IMG/VR virus record: IMGVR_UViG_3300040751_001853
Origin: a virus
Direction: 5' to 3' (one strand)
Length of the DNA: 64,000 nt
The position numbers were made by a program, and so were the translations under genes. The notes below the pieces were generated by a model. That model did no database searches and had not been told where the DNA came from. It was given only the letters and a program-made list of their open reading frames with translations. Below, piece after piece: positions 28,946 through 39,224 of this stretch; positions within the stretch are counted from its first letter, which is position 1, and each line of letters starts with the position of its first letter.

Positions 28946-31213
28946 ATGCCAACAATTTTACAATTAAGAAGAGGTACTACTGCTGAAAACGATGCCTATA
29001 CAGGTTCAGTCGGTGAATTAACGGTAGATACAGATTTAAATAAACTTCGTTTACACGATGGATCTACTGCAGGTGGTGAAACCATTGGAGATGGATCAGG
29101 AAACATTCAAATCGGTGTAACAGGAAATAACGAAATAGATACATCATCAGGAAATCTTACTATAGATTCAGCTGGTGGTACAGTTACAGTTGATGATAAC
29201 TTAACAGTATCAGGTAACTTAACAGTATCAGGAACTACTACTACTGTAGACTCAACTACTATTGAAGTACAAAATCAATTAGTATTTGAAGGTAGTACAA
29301 GTGACGATTACGAATTAACTTTAACAGCAGGTGACCCTACTGCTGATAGAACAATTACTCTTCCAGACGCTACTGACACATTAGTTGGTAAAGCGACAAC
29401 AGATACTTTAACAAACAAAACTTTAACAAGTGCTGTATTAAACACAGGCGTTTCAGGTACTGCTATATTAGATGAAGACAATATGGCATCTGACTCTGCT
29501 ACACAACTTGCAACTCAACAATCTATTAAGGCATATGTTGACGCTCAAGTTACAGCTTCTGATTTAGACTTCCAAGGTGACTCTGGTGGTGCATTATCAA
29601 TTGATTTAGATAGTGAAACATTTACAGTTGCTGGTGGAACTGCTATTAGCACATCTGGTTCATCAAACACATTAACAGTAACACTAGACGACACAGCTGT
29701 AACTGCTGGTTCTTATGGTTCTTCAACTGCAATTCCAACATTTACAGTTGACGCTCAAGGACGATTAACTGCTGCTGGTACAGCTTCTATATCTTCAAAT
29801 ATGGGAATTGCTGGTGATAGTGGTACAGACACAATCACAGTTGGTACAGATACTTTCACAATTGCTGGTGGTAATGGATTAACATCAACTGCTACAACAG
29901 ATACAATTACTTTAGATATTGATAGTACTGTTGCAACATTAACTGGTTCTCAAACATTAACTAATAAAACTATTAGTTTAACAAACAATACAGTAAGTGG
30001 TACAACTGCTGAATTTAATAGTGCATTAAGTGATGGTTCGTTTGTTACATTGGCTGGTAGCGAAACATTAACTAATAAAACAATTAGTGGTTCTTCAAAC
30101 ACATTATCAAATATTGGTAATTCATCTTTAACAAATGATAGTGTAACTATTGGTTCTACTACAGTTGCTTTAGGTGCTAGTGATACAGATTTATCTGGTT
30201 TAACATCATTAGACGTAGATAACATTACAATTGATGGTAACACAATTTCATCAACAAATACTAACGGAAATATCGTTTTAGATCCAAATGGTAATGGTAT
30301 TACTCAAGTTATAGGTAACCTTACATCTGATAATATTATAAGAGGTTATGAAATTTACGCAACGTCATCTAATGCTAGAATTACATTAGGTGATACAACT
30401 AACAATTCTGAAGGGTTTATGGATCTATACTTCAACTACTATAATGGTGGTTTAAGTCAAGTGATTTCATCATATCCAACAGCAAACGGTGGATGGCACT
30501 TCAAAAACCAAGTTCACGGACAAAGTACTACGTGGTCTGGTACAGATAGTGGTGGAACTTTAAACACTATTTTAACATTGGCTCCAGATGGTGACCTTAC
30601 AGTTGCTAGAGATTTAACAGTTAGTAGAAATGCAACAATCACAGGTAACTTAACTGTAAATGGTGATACTACAACTGTTTCATCTACAAATACAACTATT
30701 ACAGATAACTTAATAGAATTAAACTCTGGTGCAGCTTCAAACGCTAACGATACTGGTATCTTAATCGAAAGAGGAAGTACTGGTGACAATGCGATTATGG
30801 CTTGGGATGAAAGTGCTGATAAGTTTATATTTGGTACTACAACTGCAACTGCAAGTGACACTGGTGATTTAACAATTGCAAGTGGTACAATTGTTGCTTC
30901 AACTTTTGAAGGTAACCTAACTGGTGACGCAACTGGTAATGCTGGTACAGCAACTACACTTGAAACTGCTAGAACAATTGCTGGCCAATCATTTGACGGT
31001 AGTGCAAACATCACAATCGCTTCAACTGATTTATCTGATACAGCTGATATTACGTACTTAACTGGTACTCAAACGTTGACAAACAAAACGATTGCTGCTG
31101 GTTCAAACACAATCTCTGGTTTGACTTCATCAAACTTGAATAGTGCTGTTCAGTTACAGATTTTAGACTCTGCTGGATCTGTAGTTAAATCGTTATACGG
31201 TTCTGCAACGTAA
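28946..31213 (+). CDS. Tail fibre protein with Mtd-N domain (755 aa)
   Basis: MPTILQLRRGTTAENDAYTGSVGELTVDTD...LHDG; shares modules with the two upstream fibres. Confidence 0.8.
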   Translation: MPTILQLRRGTTAENDAYTGSVGELTVDTDLNKLRLHDGSTAGGETIGDGSGNIQIGVTGNNEIDTSSGNLTIDSAGGTVTVDDNLTVSGNLTVSGTTTTVDSTTIEVQNQLVFEGSTSDDYELTLTAGDPTADRTITLPDATDTLVGKATTDTLTNKTLTSAVLNTGVSGTAILDEDNMASDSATQLATQQSIKAYVDAQVTASDLDFQGDSGGALSIDLDSETFTVAGGTAISTSGSSNTLTVTLDDTAVTAGSYGSSTAIPTFTVDAQGRLTAAGTASISSNMGIAGDSGTDTITVGTDTFTIAGGNGLTSTATTDTITLDIDSTVATLTGSQTLTNKTISLTNNTVSGTTAEFNSALSDGSFVTLAGSETLTNKTISGSSNTLSNIGNSSLTNDSVTIGSTTVALGASDTDLSGLTSLDVDNITIDGNTISSTNTNGNIVLDPNGNGITQVIGNLTSDNIIRGYEIYATSSNARITLGDTTNNSEGFMDLYFNYYNGGLSQVISSYPTANGGWHFKNQVHGQSTTWSGTDSGGTLNTILTLAPDGDLTVARDLTVSRNATITGNLTVNGDTTTVSSTNTTITDNLIELNSGAASNANDTGILIERGSTGDNAIMAWDESADKFIFGTTTATASDTGDLTIASGTIVASTFEGNLTGDATGNAGTATTLETARTIAGQSFDGSANITIASTDLSDTADITYLTGTQTLTNKTIAAGSNTISGLTSSNLNSAVQLQILDSAGSVVKSLYGSAT

Positions 31214-31287
31214 AAATTATTAATCTACATCATAAAACGTTATTTTGTGATTACTATAGGTACGTGTAATTGCTAGATGGAAAATCA

Positions 31288-31295
31288 TATAAATA
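31288..31295 (+). promoter_or_regulatory. T4 late promoter TATAAATA
   Basis: Exact consensus upstream of gp13. Confidence 0.75.
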
Positions 31296-31311
31296 GTAAT
31301 AAAGGATTAAT

Positions 31312-32127
31312 ATGGCCAACCCAGCAAGTAGAGAACAATTAAAACAGTACGCTTTAAGAACATTAGGTAAGCCTGTTATTGAAATTAATGCGGATGACGA
31401 TCAATTAGAAGATAGATTAGATGAAGCGTTACAATACTTTGCTCAATATCATTATGATGGTGTTGAAAGAACATATCTAAAATATCAAGTAACTCAAGCA
31501 GACGTAGATAGAATTAAATCTCCTGATGGAGATACGTCTTCAAGTATAACTAAAAATTCTGTAACCACTGCATGGACTGAACAAAATAATTTCATAGTAG
31601 TACCAGAAGCTGTATTAGCAGTTACAAGAATATTTCCTCTATCAAATAGAGGTAATCAAAATATGTTTGATATACGATATCAAATGAGATTAAATGATCT
31701 ATATGATTTTTCATCTACTTCAATTATTCATTACGAAATGGTAATGAAACATTTAGATTTTTTAGATCATATATTAGTTGGTGAAAAACCTATCAGATTT
31801 AATCAATATAACAATAAGTTGTTTATAGACATGGATTGGAAGACTGATATTACAGTTGGTGAGTATCTTGTAATTGAATGTTTTAGAAAACTAGACCCTA
31901 CAGTTATGACAGATGTTTATAACGATATATACTTAAAAAGATATGTCACAGCCTTATTTAAAAGACAATGGGGTGCAAACCTTTCAAAATTTAATGGTGT
32001 GACTATGATTGGTGGAGTATCACTAAATGGTCAACAGTTATTTTCAGAGGCACAAGAAGACATAAGAAAATTAGAAGAAGAAATAAGAGGCACATACGAA
32101 ACGCCTGTAACATATATGATAGGATAA
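31312..32127 (+). CDS. gp13: Neck protein
   Basis: LRTLGKPVIEINADDDQL...EALQYF...YHYDG, ALFKRQWGANLSKF and gene position. Confidence 0.92.
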   Translation: MANPASREQLKQYALRTLGKPVIEINADDDQLEDRLDEALQYFAQYHYDGVERTYLKYQVTQADVDRIKSPDGDTSSSITKNSVTTAWTEQNNFIVVPEAVLAVTRIFPLSNRGNQNMFDIRYQMRLNDLYDFSSTSIIHYEMVMKHLDFLDHILVGEKPIRFNQYNNKLFIDMDWKTDITVGEYLVIECFRKLDPTVMTDVYNDIYLKRYVTALFKRQWGANLSKFNGVTMIGGVSLNGQQLFSEAQEDIRKLEEEIRGTYETPVTYMIG

Positions 32128-32131
32128 TGAC

Positions 32132-32902
32132 ATGCCAGTCAATCATTACTTTCAAGGCGGTAACGGTATCGGAAACGATGCTGAAAAAAGATTACACGAA
32201 GATTTAATCATAGAAGGCCTAAAAATTTACGGCCACGATTGTTACTATTTACCAAGAACACTTGTTAACCACGATTTAGTTTTAGGAGAGGATACTCTTT
32301 CTAAATTTGATCAATCATATATGCTAGAAATGTATGTTGAAACAACTGAAGGATTTGCAGGTGAACAAGAATTGGTATCTAAATTTGGTTTAGAAATAAG
32401 AGAAGACACAACGTTTGTAATTTCAAAAAGACGTTGGCAAAATCAAGTTGATAATATGGCAACACTTATAAAAACAGGAAGACCTAATGAAGGTGATGTT
32501 ATTTACGTTCCTTTGATGAATAGTTTTTTTGAAATACAGTTTGTTGAAGATCAAGAGCCATTCTTTCAATTAGGTAACTTGCCAGTTTACAAATTAAAAA
32601 CAACTAGATTTGAATATAGTTCAGAAAAACTTAATACTGGTATGCCAGAAATTGATCAAGCTGATGACAAGTTATCGCTAGATAAATTACAAAATCAACT
32701 AGTTTTAGAAGATGGTGGTGGATTATTACTTGAGTCAAGTGACTCAATATTAGGTAACTATAACTATGCAATATTAGAAAATGATGATTTTAATTTAGCC
32801 ACTCAAACAAGAGATTATGCTGACAATGATACATATGATTCGCAAGATGATGATATATTAGATTTTACGGAACGTAATCCATTTGGTGAGGTAGACGAAT
32901 AA
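32132..32902 (+). CDS. gp14: Neck protein / head completion
   Basis: EGLKIYGHDCYYLPR, SKFGLEIR, RPNEGD and PFFQLG. Confidence 0.92.
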   Translation: MPVNHYFQGGNGIGNDAEKRLHEDLIIEGLKIYGHDCYYLPRTLVNHDLVLGEDTLSKFDQSYMLEMYVETTEGFAGEQELVSKFGLEIREDTTFVISKRRWQNQVDNMATLIKTGRPNEGDVIYVPLMNSFFEIQFVEDQEPFFQLGNLPVYKLKTTRFEYSSEKLNTGMPEIDQADDKLSLDKLQNQLVLEDGGGLLLESSDSILGNYNYAILENDDFNLATQTRDYADNDTYDSQDDDILDFTERNPFGEVDE

Positions 32903-33702
32903 TGTTTGGAAAACAATTTTACCACGAGTCATTAAGAAAAGTAGTTGTAGCATTTGGTACAATTTTTAATAACATTGTTATTCATAGAACAAATAGTGAT
33001 GGAGATGTTGTTCAAAAGATAAAGGTACCATTAGCATATTCACCAAAAGAAAAGTTTTTAGTAAGATTAGAGCAACAACCTAATTTAGATCAAAGAGAAA
33101 TGGCTATAACTTTACCACGTATGGGTTTTGAAATATCAGGCATAGGATATGATTCATCTCGTAAGTTACAAAGAATTGGTAAATTTAAAAATGTTAATAC
33201 ATCAGACGCAAGTAAAATGTATTATCAATATAATCCTGTACCTTACAACATATCATTCAATTTATACTCATTTACTGCTACAGCTGAAGATGGACTACAA
33301 ATAATAGAACAACTGCTACCATATTTTCAACCTGACTATACAGTAACTATAAATGCAATTCCTGAAATGGGTATTAAAAGAGATGTACCTATAACTTTAA
33401 ATAGTGTCAATTATGAAGACACATATGATGGTGCATTTACAACAAGAAGAGCTGTAAACTATACTTTAGGTTTTACCGCTAAAACATATTTGTATGGTCC
33501 TGTTTATTCTAAAAGTGTTATTAAAGAAACACAAACTGATTTATATACAGATACATCAGGAGATCCTAAAAGAGAAGAAAGAATTGTTGTTGTACCAGAT
33601 CCCACATCAGCTGACGCAAATGATGACTTCGGGTTTACAACAACTATAAGTACCTATACGGACTCTAAAAATTACGATCCGAGTACAGATGGTGACGCAT
33701 AA
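32902..33702 (+). CDS. gp15: Tail sheath stabiliser / completion protein
   Basis: VVVAFGTIFNNI, KVPLAYSPKEKF, LPRMGFE and QIIEQLLPYFQP. Confidence 0.92.
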   Translation: MFGKQFYHESLRKVVVAFGTIFNNIVIHRTNSDGDVVQKIKVPLAYSPKEKFLVRLEQQPNLDQREMAITLPRMGFEISGIGYDSSRKLQRIGKFKNVNTSDASKMYYQYNPVPYNISFNLYSFTATAEDGLQIIEQLLPYFQPDYTVTINAIPEMGIKRDVPITLNSVNYEDTYDGAFTTRRAVNYTLGFTAKTYLYGPVYSKSVIKETQTDLYTDTSGDPKREERIVVVPDPTSADANDDFGFTTTISTYTDSKNYDPSTDGDA

Positions 33703-33704
33703 TT

Positions 33705-34178
33705 ATGAGCATAGACGAAAAAATAAACGAAGCCCTTGGTATCTCTAACGACAAGCCTGTTACAAAGGCTGTAGTCAAAAAAGAATATACTCCACCTGTT
33801 CCTAGAATAGAAGACAAAGAAAAAGAAGATGTGGATAATGATTACAAATACAGTAGAGAAAACTATTATAATCTAATCGAAAGAGGCCAAGACGCAATTC
33901 AAGGCATACTTGATATTGCAAATGAAAGTCAACATCCTCGTGCTTACGAAGTTGCAGGCAATCTTATTAAACAAGTTGCTGATACAGTTGATAAGTTACA
34001 AGACTTACAAGGCAAACTTAAAACATTAAAAGACGTTCCTAATAAAACAAATAATACAAATATTAAACAGGCCTTGTTTGTGGGTTCATCAGCAGAATTA
34101 CATAAAATGTTAAAGAACAAAAACACACAAGTTCAAAGTGAAGAAGATAAAGATTTTAAAAAGGTAAATGATGAGTGA
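33705..34178 (+). CDS. gp16: Terminase small subunit
   Basis: DYKYSRENYY, HPRAYEVAG and NxxxFVGSSAEL. Confidence 0.92.
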   Translation: MSIDEKINEALGISNDKPVTKAVVKKEYTPPVPRIEDKEKEDVDNDYKYSRENYYNLIERGQDAIQGILDIANESQHPRAYEVAGNLIKQVADTVDKLQDLQGKLKTLKDVPNKTNNTNIKQALFVGSSAELHKMLKNKNTQVQSEEDKDFKKVNDE

Positions 34179-35802
34179 AGCATACTTAGGTAATCCTAAT
34201 CTTTACAAAGCAAATCTCAAACAAGAATACACCGAAGAACAAATAAGAGAGATTGCTAAATGTATGGAAAATCCTATACATTTTGTAAAGACATATACTA
34301 AAATTGTAAACATTGATGAAGGTCTAGTGCCTTTTAATATGTACGGTTTTCAGGAAAAAATGGTTAAGACATTCCATGATAATCGTTTTTCTATCTGTAA
34401 ATTACCTAGACAGTCAGGTAAATCAACTACCATTATTGCATATCTATTACATCAAGTTATATTTAACGATAATATAAATGTGGCCATACTTGCCAACAAA
34501 AGTTCTACTGCTAGAGATTTATTAGGTCGTCTTCAACTTGCGTATGAAAACTTACCTAAATGGTTACAACAAGGTGTATTAAACTGGAACAAAGGTTCAC
34601 TTGAATTAGAAAATGGTTCAAAAATACTTGCGGCCGCAACATCAAGTTCTGCTATTCGAGGTGGTTCATTTAATATCATATTCCTTGATGAGTTTGCTTT
34701 CATACCTAACAATATATCTGAGCAATTTTTTAGTTCAGTTTATCCTACAATTTCTTCTGGTAAAAAATCTAAAGTAATGATTGTATCTACGCCACATGGA
34801 ATGAATATGTTTTATAAACTATGGAATGACGCAATACATGGAAGAAATGATTATAAACCTATTGAAGTACATTGGTCTGAAGTGCCAGGTAGAGATGATA
34901 AGTGGAAAGAAGAAACAATAAGAAACACTAGTGAGGCACAATTTGCTACCGAGTTTGAGTGTGAATTTGTAGGATCAGTTGATACCTTAATTAATCCATC
35001 AAAATTAAGAACGTTATCTCACAACACACCATTAGTTTCAAACGCAGGTTTAGATATGTATGAAAGAGCAGAAAAAGGTAAAGATTATGTTATGACAGTT
35101 GACGTTGCTCGTGGTACTGTAAGAGATTATTCAGCCTTTACGGTATTTGATGTTTCAAAAATGCCATATAAAATGGTTGCAAAATTTAGAGATAATGAAA
35201 TTAAACCTATATTATTTCCACACACAATAGAAAAAGTTGCAAAAGAATATAACAATGCTCATGTTTGTGTTGAAGTAAATGATTTAGGTCATCAAATAGC
35301 AGACGCTTTACAGTTTGAATTAGAATATACAAATCTATTAATGTGTATGATGAAAGGTAGAGCAGGACAAGTATTAGGTGGTGGTTTTTCTAAACGAGGA
35401 ACACAACTAGGTGTTCGTATGACCAAACAAGTAAAACGTATAGGTTGTTCAAACTTAAAGTCTTTACTTGAAGGTGACAAAATGCTTATACCAGATTTTC
35501 ATACTATACAAGAATTGTCAACATTTGTAAGACGAGGTAGTGGTTGGCAAGCTGAAGAAGGTTCTAATGATGATTTAGTTATGTGTTGTGTCATATTTGC
35601 ATGGATAACAAATCAAAGATATTTTAAAGAAATGACAGACCAAGATGTACGTGCTAGAATGTATGAAGAACAACAAAATGCAATAGAACAAGATATGGCA
35701 CCATTCGGGTTTATGGATGATGGTTTAGATGATGATAGTTTTCAGGACGACTCAGGAGAACGATGGACTCCAGTGACAATTAGAAAAGGAGAAATGTTAT
35801 AA
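34168..35802 (+). CDS. gp17: Terminase large subunit
   Basis: PRQSGKST, FLDEFAF, VSTPHG and DDLVM. Confidence 0.97.
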   Translation: MMSEAYLGNPNLYKANLKQEYTEEQIREIAKCMENPIHFVKTYTKIVNIDEGLVPFNMYGFQEKMVKTFHDNRFSICKLPRQSGKSTTIIAYLLHQVIFNDNINVAILANKSSTARDLLGRLQLAYENLPKWLQQGVLNWNKGSLELENGSKILAAATSSSAIRGGSFNIIFLDEFAFIPNNISEQFFSSVYPTISSGKKSKVMIVSTPHGMNMFYKLWNDAIHGRNDYKPIEVHWSEVPGRDDKWKEETIRNTSEAQFATEFECEFVGSVDTLINPSKLRTLSHNTPLVSNAGLDMYERAEKGKDYVMTVDVARGTVRDYSAFTVFDVSKMPYKMVAKFRDNEIKPILFPHTIEKVAKEYNNAHVCVEVNDLGHQIADALQFELEYTNLLMCMMKGRAGQVLGGGFSKRGTQLGVRMTKQVKRIGCSNLKSLLEGDKMLIPDFHTIQELSTFVRRGSGWQAEEGSNDDLVMCCVIFAWITNQRYFKEMTDQDVRARMYEEQQNAIEQDMAPFGFMDDGLDDDSFQDDSGERWTPVTIRKGEML

Positions 35803-36680
35803 TGAACACTATAATACATAATAATGGTTGGACAATTACAATAAAGGAAGATATAAAAAATTTAACATTGGAACAATTATATGAGGTTGCTAAGTTATGT
35901 AACAAACATTATGTTGTTGTTTTTAAAAATCAAAATTTAACAATAGAAGATCAACAAAAAATCACATCTAGTATTGGTGAGGTAAAATGGCATCATGGTG
36001 ATAATGAAGCTGAAACCGAAAGAATATTGATAGCACCAGGTATTGTAAGAGTTACTGGAGAGCTAAACGAAAAAGGAGAACAAGGTTTATTTGGACATGA
36101 AGAAGAACTTAAATGGCACACACACCATGTACATGATAAAAATATACATAGATTTCCTTACGTTTGGTTGTATTCAGTAAAGGGAAGTAAAGGTTCAAAA
36201 ACTAGTTGGATAAACCAAGAGATGGCATATAATGATCTCACATTAGAAATGAAAGAAAAACTAGATAAGATAGTTTATGCTACGGGTGGAAGTACAGATC
36301 AATTTAGTAAAATGTTGTTAGACAGTACAAAAGTTCCAGTAGATTTTGATAGGCCTACAAAATTGGTACATACTAATATAGAGGGTAAAAAAGGATTATT
36401 TTTTCCATTTAATCAAGTACATAGTGTGTTTGAAGGAGTTACACAGAAAGAATGGGAAGAGTTAAAAACTTTTTTAATAGATCATTGCACACAAGAAAAA
36501 TATATTTATCATCATAATTGGGAAGATAATGATTTAGTAATTTCTGAACAATGGTTAAGTATTCACAAAAGATGGTCTTTTGATGGTATGAAAGAACGAT
36601 TATTACATAGAATAGCATTTGATTACAATAATGTTTATAATTTAAAACCTTATTATAGTATAGCCAGTAAAGATTTTTAA
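35802..36680 (+). CDS. TauD/TfdA-like 2OG-Fe(II) dioxygenase with atypical metal motif
   Basis: VVVFKNQNL, KWHTHH, LYSVKG...TSWIN, YIYHHNWEDNDLVI...IHKR...RLLHRI. Confidence 0.75.
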   Translation: MNTIIHNNGWTITIKEDIKNLTLEQLYEVAKLCNKHYVVVFKNQNLTIEDQQKITSSIGEVKWHHGDNEAETERILIAPGIVRVTGELNEKGEQGLFGHEEELKWHTHHVHDKNIHRFPYVWLYSVKGSKGSKTSWINQEMAYNDLTLEMKEKLDKIVYATGGSTDQFSKMLLDSTKVPVDFDRPTKLVHTNIEGKKGLFFPFNQVHSVFEGVTQKEWEELKTFLIDHCTQEKYIYHHNWEDNDLVISEQWLSIHKRWSFDGMKERLLHRIAFDYNNVYNLKPYYSIASKDF

Positions 36681-36683
36681 TAT

Positions 36684-36691
36684 CATAAATA
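36684..36691 (+). promoter_or_regulatory. Late promoter variant CATAAATA upstream of gp18
   Basis: One mismatch to consensus in the expected position. Confidence 0.6.
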
Positions 36692-36740
36692 TACACGAGA
36701 TTAATGATACCTATTAGCTAATAAGAGGAGAACAACATAT

Positions 36741-38648
36741 ATGGCATTTCAAGTTTCACCAGGTGTTGTCGTACAAGAAAAAGACTTAACAAACGTAATA
36801 CCAGCAGTAGCTACAACGATCGGTGCTATTGCAGGACAATTCTCACAAGGACCAATGGATGAAGTAGTATCTATTGCTTCTGAAAAAGAATTAGTTGAAA
36901 CATTTGGTAAGCCTGACTCTAACACTTTTGAATACTTTTTTAGTGCTGCAAGTTTCTTGCAATACTCATCAAGTTTAAGAGTTGTACGAGCAACAAATAC
37001 AGGTGCATTTAACGCTACTGCTAGTGGCGGTGGTGCAACACTAATTAAAAATAATTCAGATTATGATGACGGTTTTACGCCAGACGGTTTATGGGCAGCT
37101 AGAACTGCAGGTGCGTGGGGAAATAATATTAAAGTTTCAATATGTCCTAACACAGCATCAGCTTACGAAAATACTTCAGCAACTACAGTAGATGATGCTT
37201 CAACAGCAGTTGGAGATACAACAATTACAGTAGATGATGGTTCAGCATTAAACGTAGGTGATATTATAAACTTTGGAGAAGCAGGTGGATACGAATACAG
37301 AATTACTGCAATTGCAACAAATGATTTAACATTCGTAAGACATCCTTCAGGTACAGGTGGTTTACATACTGCTGTAGCTGATGCTTCAACAATAAGAAGA
37401 AGATGGAGATACTATGATTTAGTATCAGGTGCTCCAGGAACATCAGCATACACTTCAGCAAGAGGTGGATCAAATGATGAAATACACGTAGTAGTGGTTG
37501 ATGAAGATGGTGGTATTACAGGTACTGCTGGGGAAGTATTAGAAGTATATGACTCAGTATCAGTAGCAGGTGATGCTAAAACACCACAAGGTGATTCAAA
37601 CTATTACAAAGATGTAATCTACAATAAATCACAATACATTTATTGGACTGCTCACGAGTCAACAGGTGCAGCTGGTAATTGGGGTGATCCTGCTTTAGGA
37701 TTAACATTTACTGCTGTTTCAACTCTTAATGACGCAAGTTTAAGTGGTGGTGCTGACGGATCAGCAGCTTCAGTTGCAGAATTAAAAACTGCATATGAAA
37801 GATACCAAGACGCTGATACTGTAGATATAAACTTAATCATTGCTGGAAAAGGTGACGCTACTCACATAGATAACCTTATTACAGTTGCTGAAAATAGAAA
37901 AGACGCAATCGTTTTTGCTTCACCAGAAAGAACAGACGTAGTTGGTGTTACAAGTTCAACAACACAAACAACAAACGTTAAAGCTTTCTTTGATGGTATT
38001 AGATCATCTTCATACGTTGTATTTGATAGTGGTTACAAATATACTTACGACAAATACAATGACGTGTTTAGATATGTACCATTAAATGGTGATATTGCTG
38101 GTTTGGCTGCAAGAACAGACTTAATCGCAGACTCATGGTTCTCACCTGCTGGTTTCAACAGAGGAGTAATTAGAGGTGCTGTTAAGTTAGCATACAACCC
38201 ATCAAAAACACAAAGAGATGAGTTATACAGAGCTAGAATAAATCCAGTAGTTACTTTACCAGGACAAGGTACAATCTTGTTTGGTGATAAAACTGGTTTA
38301 TCTACTCCAAGTGCGTTTGATAGAATAAACGTTAGAAGATTGTTTATCACTTTAGAAAAAGCAATCTCTACGGCTTCTAAATTTCAATTGTTTGAGTTCA
38401 ATGATGAGTTCACAAGAGCACAATTTAGAAATATCGTAGAACCATTCCTAAGAGATGTACAAGGTAGAAGAGGTGTTACAGACTTTTTAGTAGTTTGTGA
38501 TACATCAAATAATACTGGTGATGTCATTGATAGAAATGAGTTTAGAGCGGATATATTTGTTAAACCTAACAGATCAATTAACTTTATACAACTACAATTC
38601 GTTGCGACAAGAACAGGTGTTGCATTTGAAGAAGTAGTAGGAGCGTAG
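36741..38648 (+). CDS. gp18: Tail sheath protein
   Basis: MAFQVSPGV, WFSPAGFNRG, FDRINVRRLF and FVATRTGVAFEE. Confidence 0.97.
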   Translation: MAFQVSPGVVVQEKDLTNVIPAVATTIGAIAGQFSQGPMDEVVSIASEKELVETFGKPDSNTFEYFFSAASFLQYSSSLRVVRATNTGAFNATASGGGATLIKNNSDYDDGFTPDGLWAARTAGAWGNNIKVSICPNTASAYENTSATTVDDASTAVGDTTITVDDGSALNVGDIINFGEAGGYEYRITAIATNDLTFVRHPSGTGGLHTAVADASTIRRRWRYYDLVSGAPGTSAYTSARGGSNDEIHVVVVDEDGGITGTAGEVLEVYDSVSVAGDAKTPQGDSNYYKDVIYNKSQYIYWTAHESTGAAGNWGDPALGLTFTAVSTLNDASLSGGADGSAASVAELKTAYERYQDADTVDINLIIAGKGDATHIDNLITVAENRKDAIVFASPERTDVVGVTSSTTQTTNVKAFFDGIRSSSYVVFDSGYKYTYDKYNDVFRYVPLNGDIAGLAARTDLIADSWFSPAGFNRGVIRGAVKLAYNPSKTQRDELYRARINPVVTLPGQGTILFGDKTGLSTPSAFDRINVRRLFITLEKAISTASKFQLFEFNDEFTRAQFRNIVEPFLRDVQGRRGVTDFLVVCDTSNNTGDVIDRNEFRADIFVKPNRSINFIQLQFVATRTGVAFEEVVGA

Positions 38649-38656
38649 GAGGAATC

Positions 38657-39184
38657 ATGCCAAATATAAATGACTTTAAAGCTAAGTTAAGAGGCGGCGG
38701 CGCTCGTGCTAACCAATTCAGAGTGACAATGCCTTTCCCTGGATATGCAGCTGTAGGTGGGGAGACTGAAAGTATGTCTTTCTTAACTACATCTACATCT
38801 TTACCAGGTATGACAGTAACCGAAGTTGCTATTCCATTTAGAGGAAGAGAGTTATATGTTGCAGGTGATAGAACATTTGCTACATGGACAACTACAATTC
38901 TAAATGATACTAACTTCTTAATTCGTAATGCATACGAAAGATGGTTAAACGGTATCAACAATATGTCAGATAACGAAGGATTAACAAATCCAGTAGATTA
39001 TCAAGTTGACGCCTTTGTTGATCAGTTAGACCGAAATGGTAATGTGATTAAATCATACACATTTAGAGGAATGTTTCCAACAACTCTGGATGATATTGCA
39101 CTATCGTATGGCGATAACAACTCTGTAGAGAGTTTTACTGCTACACATAGATACCAATACTTTGAAACAAATACTACTACTTAA
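38657..39184 (+). CDS. gp19: Tail tube protein
   Basis: GGARANQF, IPFRGR...AGDRTF and QLDRNG. Confidence 0.95.
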   Translation: MPNINDFKAKLRGGGARANQFRVTMPFPGYAAVGGETESMSFLTTSTSLPGMTVTEVAIPFRGRELYVAGDRTFATWTTTILNDTNFLIRNAYERWLNGINNMSDNEGLTNPVDYQVDAFVDQLDRNGNVIKSYTFRGMFPTTLDDIALSYGDNNSVESFTATHRYQYFETNTTT

Positions 39185-39190
39185 TACTCT

Positions 39191-39198
39191 TATAAGTA
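39191..39198 (+). promoter_or_regulatory. Late promoter variant TATAAGTA upstream of portal, inside an 8-bp inverted repeat
   Basis: TTAATACT-cttata-AGTATTAA at 39181-39202. Confidence 0.55.
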
Positions 39199-39224
39199 TT
39201 AATAGTAATAGGAGAAACTAAATT

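Noticed and set aside
18272-31014. Long minus-strand ORFs opposite the tail fibres (e.g. 20993-22138, 24914-25645, 30514-31014)
   Set aside because: They are antisense shadows of Thr/Asp/Gly-rich genes with biased codon usage (Val/Ser/Pro-rich, no RBS, no motifs).
17649-31213. Possible CRISPR array or DGR suggested by the repeats and Mtd-like N-termini
   Set aside because: The repeats are in-frame coding modules with synonymous divergence and no regular spacers. There is no reverse transcriptase and no adenine-specific TR/VR pair in the window.
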